IMG/VR virus record: IMGVR_UViG_3300000059_000001
Coordinates: 1-55,870 of that record
Length of the DNA: 55,870 bases
Direction: 5' to 3' (one strand)
Source: a virus
In this document: positions 24,769 through 34,894 of the stretch, piece by piece
Layout: every line of letters starts with the position of its first letter
Numbering within the stretch: the stretch's first letter is position 1
Made by a program: the position numbers and the translations under genes
The notes under the pieces: generated by a model
The model's input: only the letters and a program-made list of their open reading frames with translations
What the model was told of the DNA's origin: nothing
Database searches by the model: none

Positions 24769-27700
24769 ATGATAAAAAAATATAAGAGAATAGTAGCATT
24801 TATATTAGTAATGACAATATTCATGACATCAACCGGAATTATAAATATGAAAGTAGAAGCTTCTCAATCAGGGAACTTACTAATATGGAATGCCTCAAAT
24901 AACTCTACAGGTGTAATACCTGAATTAAGTGCTACATACCCACATGAGAAAATGTTATATTGCGTTATCCAAAATGCAGCGGCTTACTGCATGAATTACG
25001 GCAAGTCGGCAAGAAGTGGGCAAGGAATGACAGGTGATGAAAATATGCTTTCCGGTTATTCAGATACACAGCAAAGACAATTGAATCTAGTTTTATACTT
25101 TGGTCATAAGACAGATCACTCAAGTGCGCCAAGCGATGATGCGAAGAACCAGTACATAGCAACACAAGCTTTAGTATGGATTGTCGAAGCTGATTTGTTG
25201 GAAACACAGTTTGCTGATTCTGCTGCGCAAAGAATGTGCTCCGTGGCACCAAACGCGGATGCTTCCTTTGCTTATTATCATTTGGTAAAAAATCAAGTAT
25301 TGACATCTTACCATCATACTGTACCTAGTTTTACCGATAAGCGAGAATCGAAAGCACAAACGTTAACTCTTGAATGGAATAACTCCAAAAACCGCTACGA
25401 GAAAACAGTCACAGACAGCAACAATGTACTAGGTGACTTTAACATCGATATCCCTGGCGTAAGCCAATCAGTGAGCGGAAATAAGGTTACATTCTACACT
25501 AGCAATGTGATTAACACAGCCAAGACAGGCACATTTACTTCTAGCAATGGAAGTGTGGAAATTACAGGTAATTGCCTGTACTGGAATGTACCCGATCCAA
25601 AATTTCAGGAGTTTGTTTCCACTGTGCCCACAGGAGACCCTGTTCGAGCTTACATCAAAGTCAAAACTGAAGCAATGGGACAATGCCACTTGCTCAAAAT
25701 AGATCAAGCAACCGGGGTGCCGCTCAAAGGTGCGGTATATGGGATTTATTCTGACAAGGTTTGTACAGACTTGATCGAAAAAATCACCACGGACAAGGAT
25801 GGCATTGCATTGTCTTCCAGTATGCCAGCCGGAACATACTATCTCAAAGAGCTGGTTGCCCCAAACAAATATACAGTAAGTGATAAGATTCACACGGTTA
25901 AAATCGACGCTGGCAAAACAACAATCGTTGAAGCAGTCGACAAAGAGCAACTTGGCAGCATCACAATTTACAAAGAGGGTGAGACGCTTAGCAACTGGAA
26001 CGGGACTAACTTCATATACGAGAATAAGAAGCTCCCTGGTGCAACATTTAAACTGACGGCTGCTGAAGCCATCTATAGAGCTGATGGCACCAAGGTATAT
26101 AGTAAGGGCGATACAGTAAAGAGCAAGCTCGTGACCGGAGCAGATGGAAGTGTTACGGCAACCAACTTGCATTTGGGCTCTTATACGGTAGCTGAGACAA
26201 AGACAATTGATGGATATACCCTCAACACAACACCAAAGACTGTAACGCTTGAATACAAAGGACAAAGCGTGGAAGTAGTATCTCAATCCACAACGATTAA
26301 AAACCAGCGCCAGAAAGCCAGTGTAAAGGCAATTAAGCAGGATAGCAAGACAAAGGTAGGACTTCCAGGCGGTCAGTACAGCTTATATGCAGGTTCGGAT
26401 ATTAAAAATTATGCCGGCACCGTGATAGTGCGTAAGGATACTCTTTTACAGACTATTTCCACAGATGGATCTGGCAATGCATCCTATACGGTGGATATAC
26501 CTGTCGGCTATAAATACTATATTAAAGAAACGAAAGCGCCAAACCTCTACTACAGAGATACTAATACAATATATAATTTTACATTCAGCGGATTAGAAGA
26601 GACTCAGGCAACAGCAGAATTCAAATACACGTTCGTCAACGATTGGGTGACAGGCGAAGTGAAACTTAAAAAGGTAGATGCAGAAACAGGTAAAAGTATC
26701 GGTCAAGGTGATGCAAATATCAAAGGGGCAGTTTATGGACTGTATGCCCGTGAAGCAATCATTCACCCGGATCAGAAAACAGGGCAAGTGTATGCCAAAG
26801 ATACTTTAGTTGCAAAACTCACAACCAATGATTTGGGTGAGGCTTCTGCTAAAAATCTTTTCTTGGGGAAATATTACCTCAAAGAAATCAGTAGCTCCGA
26901 GGGCTACGAACTTGATCCGACAGCTCACAACATCGATCTTACATACAAAGACGACCTAACCAAAGAAGTGACGATTACAACCACCTCTAAAGAACAAGTG
27001 AAAAAACAGCCATTTTGCTTAATAAAAGCGGCGAACAGTGTTGGTGAAACAGATGCCGATTTACTTGAAGGTGTTGGATTTACTGCTTATCTTAAGTCTG
27101 AATTGAAAAAAGATTCAAATGGCGAGTACGATTTTAAAAATGCAACACCAGTAATTATCACGACAGATGGAGAAACAGAAATGTTTACAGACAATAGGGG
27201 TTACGCCGAATCAATTCCGTTACCATACGGAACTTATGTGGTAATTGAATCAACAATACCTCACAATTTTGATCCAGTGAAACCGTTTGAGGTATCAATC
27301 ACCGAACATAAACCAAATTCACCGCAAGTATGGAGAGTACTACTTGATAAAGAGTTTGCTGCTAAACTTCGTATTATTAAAATCGACAACGATACCAATA
27401 AACCCGTTCTTAAGGCCAACACAGAGTTTAAGATTTTTGATATCAAGCGTAACAAATATGTGGAGCAAATTACCACATACCCTTCAAAGGTTAAACATAA
27501 ATCTTACTTTACAGACAATTCGGGTACATTAACGCTTCCACAAGCTATCCGCCCCGGCAAGTACCGTATCGAAGAAGTGACTGCCGTAGACGGATATGCA
27601 ATCAATCTTCAAACCGTAGAGGTTGACATTGATGCCAATACGTTTCAGGAAGTGGACGAGGAAACAGCGGACATAATCATAACGGCAGAGTTCCCGAACG

Positions 27701-30123
27701 CACCTGTTAAAGGTGAAATCACGATTGAGAAGAGAGGAGAAGTTTTAAAAGATTTTAAAGACAGTATTATATATGAAGAAACAGGGTTAGAAGGTGCCGT
27801 GTATGGGTTGTATGCGAATCAGGATATCTATACACAGGATAACCAAGTAGATGCAGATGGAAACCGCACGAAATACTATTCTAAAGATGATTTAGTAACA
27901 GAATTAATAACTGGCGAAACAGGTAAGGCAATGTTTCAGAACTTACCATTGGGCGAGTATCGCATCGAAGAGATCGAGGCACCAGAAGGATTTGTAATCA
28001 ACGAGGAAGATAAGATATTTACTCTTTCTTATGAGGGGCAGGAAGTCTCGATTGTTTATGCAACCGAGACATTCGTAAACGAGCGTCAAAAGGTATCTTT
28101 TGAAATTATGAAACTGGATGCTGAAACAGGTGAACCAATACCCGGTGCGGAATTCTCTCTTCATGCTACAGAAGACATCGTTAATATTGATGGTGATGTG
28201 ATAATTGCTGCAGATACTCAGGTTGATACAGCAGTATCTGGGGCAGATGGTAAGGTTGTATTCAAGGAGGATCTTCCGTTTGGTAAATACTATGCCATTG
28301 AGACACAGACTCCAGCCGGCTATGTATCTTCCGATGAAAGGATAGACTTTGAGTTTTCATACCATGGACAGGAAACAATAGCAGTTAAGTTTTTAGCAGA
28401 GTTTTTAAATACTCCTACAACCTTTGAGGTAACAAAGACAGATATCACAAATGGTGAGGAACTGGATGGAGCAATGCTTACTGTATTAGATAAGGATGGC
28501 ATTGTGGTTGATACCTGGACTTCAAGTAAGGAAGATCCCCATATTATTAAAAATCTTCATGTTGGCGAGAAATATATCCTACGCGAAGAATTTGCCCCAT
28601 ATGGCTATTTACAAGCTTCTGAGATAGAGTTTACCGTGGAGGACACCGGAGAGGTGCAACATGTAAAAATGGAAGACGACGTACCAACTGGAACTATTAT
28701 CGTTAACAAAGAAGGGGAATTATTACAAAGTGCAAATCCGGTACAGGATGGAGTATTGCAGTTTATTTTTGATTACATCAAAGGAGATTTAGAAGGCGTA
28801 ACCTTTGATCTCTATGCTGCAGAAGATATTGTCAGCCCAGATGGGTTAAACACAATAATCTGCGCCAAAGATGAAAAAATAACAGAAATAGTAACAGATT
28901 CTATGGGAATTGCCAAAATAGAGAACTTACCATTGGGTCAGTACTATTTGATAGAAACTAAGACAATTAAAGACTTTGTACTTGATCCAACACCAATCTA
29001 TGTTGATTTGTCCTACATTGATCAGCATACCGCAGTAGTATATGGAAGTCCTACCATCAACAATGAGCGACAGGAAGTAGATATTAAAGTTGTGAAATTA
29101 GATTCTGAAACCGATAAACCGCTGAAAGGTGCAGTATTTGGATTATATGCAGCAGAAGACATCAAAAATGCAAACGATGAAGTAATCGTTGAAAAAGATC
29201 AGCTTGCGCGTCAGGCAGTATCCAATAAAAAGGGAGTCCTTTATTTTAATTACAAACTTCCTCTTGGCCAATATTACATTAAAGAAGTCACTCCGCCAAC
29301 CGGCTATGTATCAACTGATAGGATTTACAAAGTAGATGCAAGATACCAAGGGCAGGAAAAAGAAGTGCTTAAGTTTGAGTATACTTTTAAAAACAAACCA
29401 ACCAAGACTGAGATTTCTAAGACAGATATTACTGGCGAAAAGGAACTAGAAGGAGCTGTATTATCGGTTATTGATGAAGAGGGTAAACTTATTGAGAAAT
29501 GGACCTCTGGTAGAAAACCGCATTTGATTGATCGTTTACCGATTGGCAGATATGTGCTGCGTGAAGAGTTTGCTCCACAGGGATATGTAGTGGCCAACGA
29601 AATAGAATTTGAGGTTAAGGATTCTAGTAAGGTTCAGAAAGTGCATATGAAAGATGAGTTATCTGTTGGTAAAATCATTGTGAAGAAAACCGATGAGAGC
29701 AACGGAAACCCACTGGAAGATGTAACCTTCGAGATACGCAATGAACAAGGCGAGGTCTTAGATACTCTCGTAACCGATAATAAAGGCATGGCGGAATCAA
29801 AAGAGCTGCCGATTGGTATTTATAACAAAAATGGTACATTCAAGGATTTCATTAAGTATTATGTAATAGAAATTGAAACGAGGGCAGGCTATATACTGGA
29901 TTCCACATCACGGGAAGTTGTTTTTGGATGGGAGAGTAGCACTGAAAGAGTAATAGAGCACTCAATCGAAATCACAAACAAGCCTACCGGAGAGAAGCTG
30001 CCGCAGACTGGGGAGTTACCTATCTGGTTGTTATTTACAGGTGTTGGTGCAAGTCTTGTTGCAACCGGTATATATGTATTAAAAAAGAAAAAATCCTTGA
30101 AGGATGTAGACAAAGGGGAGTGA
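24769..30123 (+). CDS. LPXTG-anchored adhesin: thioester-domain-like N-terminus plus ~13 CnaB/SpaA-type repeats
   Basis: GGAGG SD and signal peptide MIKKYKRIVAFILVMTIFMTS; AYCMNYG and ATQALVW motifs; repeated GAVYGLY...LPxGxY...E..AP.GY units; C-terminal LPQTG + TM + KKKK. Confidence 0.85.
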   Translation: MIKKYKRIVAFILVMTIFMTSTGIINMKVEASQSGNLLIWNASNNSTGVIPELSATYPHEKMLYCVIQNAAAYCMNYGKSARSGQGMTGDENMLSGYSDTQQRQLNLVLYFGHKTDHSSAPSDDAKNQYIATQALVWIVEADLLETQFADSAAQRMCSVAPNADASFAYYHLVKNQVLTSYHHTVPSFTDKRESKAQTLTLEWNNSKNRYEKTVTDSNNVLGDFNIDIPGVSQSVSGNKVTFYTSNVINTAKTGTFTSSNGSVEITGNCLYWNVPDPKFQEFVSTVPTGDPVRAYIKVKTEAMGQCHLLKIDQATGVPLKGAVYGIYSDKVCTDLIEKITTDKDGIALSSSMPAGTYYLKELVAPNKYTVSDKIHTVKIDAGKTTIVEAVDKEQLGSITIYKEGETLSNWNGTNFIYENKKLPGATFKLTAAEAIYRADGTKVYSKGDTVKSKLVTGADGSVTATNLHLGSYTVAETKTIDGYTLNTTPKTVTLEYKGQSVEVVSQSTTIKNQRQKASVKAIKQDSKTKVGLPGGQYSLYAGSDIKNYAGTVIVRKDTLLQTISTDGSGNASYTVDIPVGYKYYIKETKAPNLYYRDTNTIYNFTFSGLEETQATAEFKYTFVNDWVTGEVKLKKVDAETGKSIGQGDANIKGAVYGLYAREAIIHPDQKTGQVYAKDTLVAKLTTNDLGEASAKNLFLGKYYLKEISSSEGYELDPTAHNIDLTYKDDLTKEVTITTTSKEQVKKQPFCLIKAANSVGETDADLLEGVGFTAYLKSELKKDSNGEYDFKNATPVIITTDGETEMFTDNRGYAESIPLPYGTYVVIESTIPHNFDPVKPFEVSITEHKPNSPQVWRVLLDKEFAAKLRIIKIDNDTNKPVLKANTEFKIFDIKRNKYVEQITTYPSKVKHKSYFTDNSGTLTLPQAIRPGKYRIEEVTAVDGYAINLQTVEVDIDANTFQEVDEETADIIITAEFPNAPVKGEITIEKRGEVLKDFKDSIIYEETGLEGAVYGLYANQDIYTQDNQVDADGNRTKYYSKDDLVTELITGETGKAMFQNLPLGEYRIEEIEAPEGFVINEEDKIFTLSYEGQEVSIVYATETFVNERQKVSFEIMKLDAETGEPIPGAEFSLHATEDIVNIDGDVIIAADTQVDTAVSGADGKVVFKEDLPFGKYYAIETQTPAGYVSSDERIDFEFSYHGQETIAVKFLAEFLNTPTTFEVTKTDITNGEELDGAMLTVLDKDGIVVDTWTSSKEDPHIIKNLHVGEKYILREEFAPYGYLQASEIEFTVEDTGEVQHVKMEDDVPTGTIIVNKEGELLQSANPVQDGVLQFIFDYIKGDLEGVTFDLYAAEDIVSPDGLNTIICAKDEKITEIVTDSMGIAKIENLPLGQYYLIETKTIKDFVLDPTPIYVDLSYIDQHTAVVYGSPTINNERQEVDIKVVKLDSETDKPLKGAVFGLYAAEDIKNANDEVIVEKDQLARQAVSNKKGVLYFNYKLPLGQYYIKEVTPPTGYVSTDRIYKVDARYQGQEKEVLKFEYTFKNKPTKTEISKTDITGEKELEGAVLSVIDEEGKLIEKWTSGRKPHLIDRLPIGRYVLREEFAPQGYVVANEIEFEVKDSSKVQKVHMKDELSVGKIIVKKTDESNGNPLEDVTFEIRNEQGEVLDTLVTDNKGMAESKELPIGIYNKNGTFKDFIKYYVIEIETRAGYILDSTSREVVFGWESSTERVIEHSIEITNKPTGEKLPQTGELPIWLLFTGVGASLVATGIYVLKKKKSLKDVDKGE

Positions 30124-30127
30124 TACA

Positions 30128-30787
30128 ATTATCAAAAAAGAAAAATCGACAGATAAAAAAGGGACTAGACGAAAAGAAAAAACTAAATATGGAACTGTAA
30201 TATTAATTATTCTACTGGGGATCACTGTAATGGCGGTTCCCTTTTTTATCAGACAGAAAGGAGAAATGCACAATCGCAGAATTATAAATGAGCTAGAACT
30301 AAGCATGGATCAAGCAGTCCAGTCAGCGAAGACAGAACAGGCGGAAACTGAAGTATCAAAACATAAGCTACAAACGAGCTTACGAAATAATGTACCGGAG
30401 GGTATCATTGGGTATCTGACGATTGATAAGATTGACCTCAAATATGCTATTGTGGAGGGGGCTAGCAATACGGAGCTGTCAAATTACATTGGGCATCTAC
30501 CAGAGACGGCCCAGCTTGGAGGTAATGGTAATTGCGTATTGGCTGGACACCGGGGTGGCAAAAATGCGTTGTTCTTTAAATTCTTAAATAAATTGGAAGT
30601 TGGGGACTCTGTGGAAATTACAAAACGGGCTGGTAAAACGTATGAGTATGAAATCGAAGATATCTATGTTACAGATGCTTATGACAATGCCATTAAAGCA
30701 CAGGACAAAGACAAAAATATTTTAACACTGTTAACTTGCGAAAATAGAGGCACACGACGATTAATTGTTGTGTGCCACAAGAAATGA
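30128..30787 (+). CDS. Sortase-family transpeptidase, probable ATT start
   Basis: LAGHRG and TLLTCE catalytic motifs; N-terminal TM begins upstream of ATG 30230; frame open from 30110 with no ATG/GTG/TTG; AAGGGGAG 7 nt before ATT 30128. Confidence 0.75.
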   Translation: MIKKEKSTDKKGTRRKEKTKYGTVILIILLGITVMAVPFFIRQKGEMHNRRIINELELSMDQAVQSAKTEQAETEVSKHKLQTSLRNNVPEGIIGYLTIDKIDLKYAIVEGASNTELSNYIGHLPETAQLGGNGNCVLAGHRGGKNALFFKFLNKLEVGDSVEITKRAGKTYEYEIEDIYVTDAYDNAIKAQDKDKNILTLLTCENRGTRRLIVVCHKK

Positions 30788-30795
30788 GAGGGGAA

Positions 30796-31026
30796 ATGTG
30801 GAATTTTTTAAATAATGATAAGACCATCATTCAACTACCTGTTCCGTTAGGCTCTACTGTATACCGGATTCATTTAAGTTCTGACAATAATAGATTTATT
30901 GGTACAGAGGAAGTCCAAATGACCCTGTCAAATCTCGATAAAATACTAAATGAATGGAATCAACGGACTTTTGCTGTAAAGACAATGGCTGAAAAACAAG
31001 GAAAAGCGATAGTTAAAGGTCGTTAA
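30796..31026 (+). CDS. Hypothetical protein (76 aa)
   Basis: GAGAGGGGA before ATG 30796; alternative ATG 30784 overlaps the sortase stop. Confidence 0.5.
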   Translation: MWNFLNNDKTIIQLPVPLGSTVYRIHLSSDNNRFIGTEEVQMTLSNLDKILNEWNQRTFAVKTMAEKQGKAIVKGR

Positions 31027-31059
31027 TATTTACTGAAAAACCAACCTACTCTTAGCTCT

Positions 31060-31107
31060 CTTAATACAGATGGAGTGAAAATTATTCTTGATTCCATCTG
31101 TATTAAG
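31060..31107. terminator. Perfect 15-bp hairpin between convergent transcription units
   Basis: cttaatacagatgga (31060-31074) / tccatctgtattaag (31093-31107), 18-nt loop. Confidence 0.6.
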
Positions 31108-31119
31108 GTAATATACATT

Positions 31120-31183
31120 ATTAAATAAATATATATATGATTAAATAAATATATAACTTATAAAATATATATTTATTTAATCA
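31120..31183. repeat. AT-rich direct and inverted repeats flanking the par module
   Basis: attaaataaatatata at 31120 and 31140; tgattaaataaatatata (31138-31155) inverted at 31166-31183. Confidence 0.65.
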
Positions 31184-31217
31184 TTAAATTATAGAGTTAT
31201 AAATATGTATAGTGCAA

Positions 31218-31616
31218 TCAAGAACAATATTCTGGATATCTAATCCTAATCGCTTCCAAAAAATATTTAGCATACTTACAGCTAAATATTTTAGCAATTG
31301 TATAGCGACCACATTCTTGTAATTGCTCACTTTCTTCATCATAGTTATATAAACTTGGAATTCCATCATTATATAAATTGAAAGCTATTCGGATAATCTT
31401 GCCGCTTCCGCTTGTTATCCACTCTTCATGCAAACAGTCAGTTTTTATTTTTCCAGTTCTAAAATCATAAATACTATTAATATTTATTCTAGTATCTATA
31501 TTTAAGCCCAGACAATAAACTAGTGCCATATGATAAACATCTTGTTGTCTGCATTTTATGAGATATCTACTATAAAAATCTTCATGTTCTTGGTCTATAA
31601 ATATTATATTACCCAT
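31218..31616 (-). CDS. DUF6075-like plasmid protein
   Basis: AGGAG SD; FIDQEHEDFY...DVYHMALVYCLG...IYDF...W.TSGS..IIRIAFNLYN pattern recalled from proteins next to plasmid par genes. Confidence 0.45.
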   Translation of the reverse strand: MGNIIFIDQEHEDFYSRYLIKCRQQDVYHMALVYCLGLNIDTRININSIYDFRTGKIKTDCLHEEWITSGSGKIIRIAFNLYNDGIPSLYNYDEESEQLQECGRYTIAKIFSCKYAKYFLEAIRIRYPEYCS

Positions 31617-31652
31617 CACTTTTCTCCTATCTTTTCTGATTACGTTTTTTAA

Positions 31653-32027
31653 TCAATCTTCAGACATTAAATTTATTATATCATCAATACCCGGAAAATT
31701 TTGATCACATAATAGATCAATAGCTTCACAAATTACTTTACTTGAATTTTTTTTGAATTTCTTTGAGTACAAGCCAAGTTTTAAATCTGTTTTCTCGTCT
31801 ATACTGATATTTCGAGTGATTGAAGGATTCGTATTTTTAGGTCGGCCAGGTTTTTTTTTCTGGGAGATATCATCATCCTTCCCTTTTGTACCACTATTTA
31901 TGTTTTTTTTGTTATCAGATATGGTACGGCCTGACATGGCAGCTAGTCTACTATGTTTTGATTCTTCTTGATTGCTCATTATATCATCATTCTTTGGTTT
32001 CTTATTAAAACGGTTTTCCTGACTCAT
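31653..32027 (-). CDS. Small partition/centromere-binding protein candidate (ribbon-helix-helix C-terminus)
   Basis: Basic disordered N-terminus; C-terminal ISIDEKTDLKLGLYSKK...VICEAIDLL; start overlaps the parA stop (TAATG). Confidence 0.55.
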   Translation of the reverse strand: MSQENRFNKKPKNDDIMSNQEESKHSRLAAMSGRTISDNKKNINSGTKGKDDDISQKKKPGRPKNTNPSITRNISIDEKTDLKLGLYSKKFKKNSSKVICEAIDLLCDQNFPGIDDIINLMSED

Positions 32028-32845
32028 TAAAAAATCCCCCTATCAAATAATTCTTGTGTTATACCTTTTATAGCTATAGCCCCCTTAGATTTCGGAGACT
32101 TAAATGTAATACTGTTTCCTTCGGCAGTGCACTCCTTAAAGAGTGTTGTGTGCGGTATATATGTATCCAAAACTATCTCACTAAATATTTCATGATTTTT
32201 TATATAATCCATAAATTCCCTGGAAATATTAGTTCTCTCAACATTGTTGATAACAAAAGCATCAATTTTACTTTCCAATTTCATATATGCACGGAGTTCG
32301 TTCCAAATAGTAGTAAATACATTGCAACCATTCGCCGAATTGACATCTGGATCGCAACACATCACAATATGATCACTCACAACAAAAGCGTTCTGATTAA
32401 TAATTCCGAAATTTGGTCCCGTATCAAAAACTATATAATCGTAGTATTCAAAAAAATGTAAATTGTCTAATATGTAATTTTTGATAATCTGTTCTCTTGC
32501 TGGTAACTGTGTTAACTTCGTTTCTGTCCCATGCAAGAACATAGTCGATGGTATAATATCAAGATTTGGGGCATTTGGGTTTGGTCCAAGTACTATATAT
32601 TTTATAGGTTCAATATCTTTCTTATTAGCGTTTTCTAGAAGATCGCCTATGCTAGGCAAATCATTAGAAAAAATATCTAAATGGCAGTTTGATGATAAGT
32701 TACATTGCGGATCTAAATCAATCATTAAAACCTTTTTTTTCTTGGTAGTCGCTAGATAAAAACTGGTATTATAAGCAACTGTTGTTTTACCTGTGCCACC
32801 CTTAAGCGTTGCTATCGTTATAATTTTAGGTTTTTTATTCGTCAT
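32027..32845 (-). CDS. parA: ParA/Soj-family partition ATPase
   Basis: Deviant Walker A KGGTGKTT; LMIDLDPQ; FDTGP; GGGAGAG SD. Confidence 0.85.
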   Translation of the reverse strand: MTNKKPKIITIATLKGGTGKTTVAYNTSFYLATTKKKKVLMIDLDPQCNLSSNCHLDIFSNDLPSIGDLLENANKKDIEPIKYIVLGPNPNAPNLDIIPSTMFLHGTETKLTQLPAREQIIKNYILDNLHFFEYYDYIVFDTGPNFGIINQNAFVVSDHIVMCCDPDVNSANGCNVFTTIWNELRAYMKLESKIDAFVINNVERTNISREFMDYIKNHEIFSEIVLDTYIPHTTLFKECTAEGNSITFKSPKSKGAIAIKGITQELFDRGIF

Positions 32846-32883
32846 AAGCTCTCCCTTCAGTGGTATGATTTATTATATAAATA

Positions 32884-32989
32884 AATATATAGTTAAAAAG
32901 TTTTATATTTAAATAATATATTATTTAAATATAAAAGTAAATATTTATTTAAAAAAATATATAGTTAAAAAGTTTTATATTTAAATAAC
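32884..32989. repeat. Two perfect 34-bp direct repeats upstream of parA (centromere/operator candidate)
   Basis: aaatatatagttaaaaagttttatatttaaataa at 32884-32917 and 32956-32989 (72-bp period). Confidence 0.75.
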
Positions 32990-33461
32990 CATAAAAATAT
33001 ATCAGTCGTTAATAGTAATAAATCCTCTAATCTACATAAAATAATGGGGTAGCTCATATACATGAAGGATGGGTAGGTGATTTGGATATTTATTATTATA
33101 ACAATTATTATATTCAATTATTAAATCAGTAATTAGATCAATAGTTCCAAATGTGACATGCATAAACCTTTATTTTTAGCGGATCTGCACGTTTTTTAAA
33201 ATTTAAAAATGTATGATAGTAATATAAAATAACTGCATTTATATAAATTAAATGATGTAATGTATATTTTTTTCTACTTATAATATAAAAATTTTTAAAT
33301 AGTTGATATATTATTTTATTTATAGTATAAAAAATTTTTTAATGTGGATAAAAAAATATATACATCACTCCTGAACGAATGAAAGATCAGAAAAACCTTA
33401 GATTTCTGCTAAAAAGAACACTTGATCTTTAAAAAAGGGCGCACGAAATAGACCTCTGGAT

Positions 33462-34604
33462 TTATGCAGCAAGTGTATTGTGATATATTTGATTTGTTAT
33501 TGTCCTAGTTAAAGCCGGTAGATTTAATATAGATATAGTTTTTTCTATGTAAGATTTCTTTATTTCCGCAATGGCCTGCAGTATCAATTTTATAGGATAC
33601 TGAGTGGTGAGGTCGATGATATCCAATACTTCTAAATCTGTAGTTGAGATTTTATTTTCGTGAAGTGATTCTACGATTTTTTTCTTAGATTCTTCTCTTA
33701 CCTTTTCTAAGTCAATTTTAATGGGATACTCGTTTTTTAGCGTATAGAAAATAGTACTTTCAGAAACATAGGACTGAAAGATAGATGGCATATCGGTCTG
33801 GAGAACGGTATATTTATTTTGATAATTTAAATGATCAGGAAGAACTTTTTTAACCTCCTTGATCTTTAATGAATTGGAGTTATCTTCTTCTGAACGTGAT
33901 ATGTTGTCTAATTCAAGCAGTTTTAATAATTCTAGCCGCAGGGAATTTACATTGTGAATGGACAATATTGTTTCTACAGCATCTGCCTTGATGGTAATAT
34001 AACCGGAGCCACCCTCTCGGCCCTTCAAGTGCATTGTATCGTATGCATGTACAATAATGTTGTAATGGTTTTTATCTGTCCCGTGAGAGACTGTGATAAG
34101 CTCGTTTGACTTTAAGAGGTTTAAGCTGCGTCTGACCGTAATTTTATTGACATTTAATTTAGCAGCAAGAGCTTTGATTGGTATATCTCTGATGATGTGT
34201 ATTTGTCCCATCCGTTCCATGGGTACACTAAAGAGCAGTATGTAAAGTTTTACTGCCGTCTTTGGCAATCTCTTCATATCATACTGTTTTTTATAATATT
34301 GGTATGTAACTTTTTCGTTCTGATATTTTTTCTCTACCTGGCAAGCACTACAATTTTTGCAGTGATCATCCAGTGATTCTAATTCTTTATGCAAGATATT
34401 TAATTTATTCATATCCGGATTTTCTTGATCAGATTCCTGTTTTATTCCGGCCACGAGTTTTTCATGCCAGGAATTTTGCTCACATGAGCTGCAGACATCT
34501 TTGTTGCGATGTAAGATGTATCGATATGGAGTCTCATAGTTCATAAGCTTTCCGATGAGACTTCTCAATGAACTTTTATCAATTCTTACGATTGGTTTTA
34601 GCAT
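33462..34604 (-). CDS. Replication-initiator candidate (Cys clusters plus winged-helix)
   Basis: CSSCEQ / HCKNCSACQ clusters; IKALAAKLNVNKITVRRSLNLLKSNELI HTH; next to par and a 0.6-kb AT-rich gap; ATG 34604 after AGAAAGGA (TTG 34634 alternative). Confidence 0.45.
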   Translation of the reverse strand: MLKPIVRIDKSSLRSLIGKLMNYETPYRYILHRNKDVCSSCEQNSWHEKLVAGIKQESDQENPDMNKLNILHKELESLDDHCKNCSACQVEKKYQNEKVTYQYYKKQYDMKRLPKTAVKLYILLFSVPMERMGQIHIIRDIPIKALAAKLNVNKITVRRSLNLLKSNELITVSHGTDKNHYNIIVHAYDTMHLKGREGGSGYITIKADAVETILSIHNVNSLRLELLKLLELDNISRSEEDNSNSLKIKEVKKVLPDHLNYQNKYTVLQTDMPSIFQSYVSESTIFYTLKNEYPIKIDLEKVREESKKKIVESLHENKISTTDLEVLDIIDLTTQYPIKLILQAIAEIKKSYIEKTISILNLPALTRTITNQIYHNTLAA

Positions 34605-34685
34605 GTATTTTCGATCCTTTCTTATTTTTTGCAATAAAAAAACTGTACGGCATAAAATACCACACAGTTTACGGATCGTAAACTA

Positions 34686-34714
34686 TTGACAAGATTACCA
34701 AAATGCAATATAAT
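34686..34714 (+). promoter_or_regulatory. Consensus sigma-A promoter for a plus-strand small RNA
   Basis: TTGACA (34686-34691), 17-nt spacer, TATAAT (34709-34714). Confidence 0.7.
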
Positions 34715-34720
34715 CTAGCT

Positions 34721-34875
34721 AAATAAAGGCATATTTTGGTAGTTGCCTTGCTGGTTCATATTTTATGCTATCTAAGAGTGTATGTCCAGTCGCTTACAAA
34801 GTGTTGGTCGCACTTGTAAGAACTGCCAAAGATGAAATTTACAGGGCTGGAAGCGAAAGTTTTCAGCCTTTTTTT
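34721..34875 (+). ncRNA. Candidate ~155-nt antisense (counter-transcript) RNA opposite the rep leader
   Basis: Bracketed by the consensus promoter and terminator ggctggaa...ttttcagcc + T7 (34845-34875); stem-loops 34726-34749 and 34793-34820; no SD-led ORF. Confidence 0.55.
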
Positions 34876-34894
34876 CATCCTCTAAACTAAATAG

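Noticed and set aside
25468-26286. 272-aa minus-strand ORF inside the adhesin gene (and other antisense ORFs between 24965 and 30306)
   Set aside because: They lie antisense to a gene with strong domain repeats, a signal peptide and an LPXTG signal. They have no motifs or SD.
6783-30230. Alternative genetic code as an explanation for the missing start codons
   Set aside because: Long ORFs elsewhere are uninterrupted under the standard code. Genes end at TAA, TAG or TGA at positions that fit operon spacing, and every problem case has an SD-spaced ATT in frame.
32870-33460. AT-rich repeats considered as a CRISPR array or IS ends
   Set aside because: There are only two long repeat copies, they are extremely AT-rich, there is no regular repeat-spacer periodicity, and no cas or transposase genes occur anywhere in the window.
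34769-34894. 41-aa ORF (MLSKSVCPVAYK...) within the candidate antisense RNA
   Set aside because: It has no SD, runs through the terminator hairpin and has an unremarkable composition. A non-coding RNA is more likely.
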